Source: an uncultured Acetobacteraceae bacterium (lineage in GTDB: Bacteria; Pseudomonadota; Alphaproteobacteria; Acetobacterales; Acetobacteraceae). From it: a DNA stretch of 64,000 nt. The stretch is from NCBI GenBank assembly GCA_964236695.1, contig CAXSFU010000008.1, forward strand, positions 11,069-75,068, in the 5' to 3' direction. The notes under the pieces were generated by a model. The model was not told where the DNA came from and did not search any database. It saw nothing but the letters and a program-made list of their open reading frames with translations. How positions within the stretch are numbered: the stretch's first letter is position 1; each line of letters opens with the position of its first letter. A program made the position numbers and the translations under genes. Shown here piece after piece: positions 62,603 through 64,000 of the stretch.

Positions 62603-63964
62603 TCAGCCCCTCAGCGGACCCGCCCCGGCCTGCCCGTGCTCCTCGCGCCACAGCGCGTATGTCCTGCGGCAAACCGCCTGCCAGACCTCCAGGGACGGCT
62701 CGCCCAGCTCGTCCGGACCCGGCAGCCGGTCCAGTCGCCCGCAGTACAGCCCCGCCCGGCGACGCTCGACGGAGCCCGCCGGGTGCATGTCGTCGGCAAG
62801 GGTGACGTACAGCAGCGTGGCCTGGCACAGCCCGCGCAGCAGGCTCCAGATCGGGATGATCTCCGCCTCCTCGAGTGGCGCCTCGCGGCGCAGCACGAAG
62901 ATGCGCGACGCATCGCCCAGGTCGTCCAGCATCATCCGCCGCATGACCGACAGCCGCGCCGCCAGGATCGCGCGCACCCGCTCCGTCGACATGGCGCCAT
63001 CCTTGACGTCGGCCAGGACCCCCAGGCTGTAGGCATCCTGCACGCCCATGTAGTCGGACGGACCCTCGTAGAGCTGCACCGTCGTCAGCCGCAGGCTCGC
63101 CGGATCGTCCACCCCTTCGAACCTGCAGGCGAGGCCGTGCGCGATCTGCGCCAGGCTCATCCTGGCGTGGCGGAACAGGCTCGGCACCTCCAGGCCGAAC
63201 CGCTGCTGCACCACGTTGAACTCCGCGTTGTCGCCCAGGCTGCGGAAGTGCTGCATCAGCCGCTTCGGCGCCATGTGCTCCACCGACTCGCCCCAGAGCG
63301 CAGGGGCGAACGGCAGGGTGCGGACGTCGAGCGCCATCAGCCACACGGACAGCACGCGCATGTCGTCGCCGCGGCCCAGGTCGCAGGGCCGCATCCCGCC
63401 GGGATGCAGCAGGCGCACGCGAAGCACGCCGTCCTCCTCCAGCAGGCTCGCCGGGAACGCCACCACCGTCGCGACCTCGGGCGAAACCCGCTGGCGTCCC
63501 ATGTCGAAGCCGTTGAGCAGGATCGTGACGTCCTGCGGACCGTCGAAGGGGGACAGCGTCAGCGACAGCTCGTAGCCGGGGATCGCGGCGCCACCCTCCC
63601 GGCGGAGTTCGCCCAGCGGCAGCCGGAGGTCGCTCTCCTCGCCGACCGCCCAGAGCCCGTCAGCCTCTGGCTGGCTCCAGCCGGCGCCGAGGCAGTCCAG
63701 CGCCGCCTCGCCGAGCCGGAACTGCAGCGCCAGCACGGTGCGCTGCGCCACCGGCGGCACCGGCCCGAAGAAGGCACGGGTGCGGGTGACGTCGTCGGCG
63801 GGGCCCGCCGCCGCAGCACCCACCTCCGCAAGCAGGATCGCGCGCTCCGCCTCGTCCTGCCACGGCTCGCGGCGCAGCGGCGCGTCGCGCAGCCGCTCGA
63901 ACAGCGTGCCGTTCGCCCTGACCTGGCTGTCGTCGGCGAAACTCGAATCCGCGGTCGGCTGCAT
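62603..63964 (-). CDS. hypothetical protein, 453 aa
   Basis: Long ORF with balanced, non-repetitive composition. I recognise no catalytic motif. The N-terminal half has a GW..PE..G.W..G..S.L.L pattern seen in polysaccharide-associated accessory domains. The middle has FRSLGDNAEFNVVQQRFGLEVPSLFRHARM. Confidence 0.5.
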   Translation of the reverse strand: MQPTADSSFADDSQVRANGTLFERLRDAPLRREPWQDEAERAILLAEVGAAAAGPADDVTRTRAFFGPVPPVAQRTVLALQFRLGEAALDCLGAGWSQPEADGLWAVGEESDLRLPLGELRREGGAAIPGYELSLTLSPFDGPQDVTILLNGFDMGRQRVSPEVATVVAFPASLLEEDGVLRVRLLHPGGMRPCDLGRGDDMRVLSVWLMALDVRTLPFAPALWGESVEHMAPKRLMQHFRSLGDNAEFNVVQQRFGLEVPSLFRHARMSLAQIAHGLACRFEGVDDPASLRLTTVQLYEGPSDYMGVQDAYSLGVLADVKDGAMSTERVRAILAARLSVMRRMMLDDLGDASRIFVLRREAPLEEAEIIPIWSLLRGLCQATLLYVTLADDMHPAGSVERRRAGLYCGRLDRLPGPDELGEPSLEVWQAVCRRTYALWREEHGQAGAGPLRG

Positions 63965-64000
63965 TCCTCCCCTGATCGAGAGGTACTCGTATTCGCCGCC

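Overview
Very GC-rich chromosomal window, about 70% GC by eye. Gene content and synteny look alphaproteobacterial, possibly Acetobacteraceae or Rhodospirillales, but that is inference only because no searches could be run. Product calls rest on motifs I recognise in the supplied translations.

Most of the window is core metabolism and envelope genes. In order: a DHH phosphoesterase (partial), a YdcF-like protein, argG, an SH3b protein, an alpha/beta hydrolase, rlmN and an IalB-like protein. Then an ATP-grasp/TPR protein, a SAM methyltransferase and a Nudix-related NadQ-like regulator followed by nadA-nadB-nadC. Next is a periplasmic trio (MBL hydrolase, SoxYZ-like carrier, CXXCW rhodanese) divergent from an exported YyaL-type thioredoxin-fold protein. 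After that: an Ala/Lys/Pro-rich histone-like protein, an S8 protease with P-domain and RTX repeats, two orphan Dpp/Opp-type permeases, and a TetR-divergent OsmC / ACAD-like / sulfurtransferase operon. Then a Prx5-type peroxiredoxin, an OmpA-family porin, an FAH-family protein, a TrxR-like ferredoxin-NADP reductase, and tsaE-murU-like-addB-addA. The last third holds an rmlBACD plus glycosyltransferase cluster with a divergent 1054-aa dual-GT2 protein, a split chrA pair, an entericidin-like lipoprotein, the hopanoid cluster hpnA-hpnB-hpnC/D-hpnE-shc-hpnG, and a 453-aa hypothetical.

The most striking non-genic signal is a mosaic GC-rich two-hairpin REP/BIME-like repeat family. It fills about 17 intergenic regions, including gaps inside operons, and its stems show compensatory changes. 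A separate AT-rich palindromic element of about 175 bp is present twice.

Other points worth a second look:
- hpnC and hpnD are fused in frame.
- A GT2 gene has no canonical start codon in front of its conserved N-terminus.
- There are NadQ operator and promoter candidates upstream of nadA.
- A strong intrinsic terminator may define a small RNA.
- The quinoprotein-relay-like trio has no dehydrogenase partner in the window.

I saw no rRNA, tRNA, CRISPR array, transposase or prophage genes.
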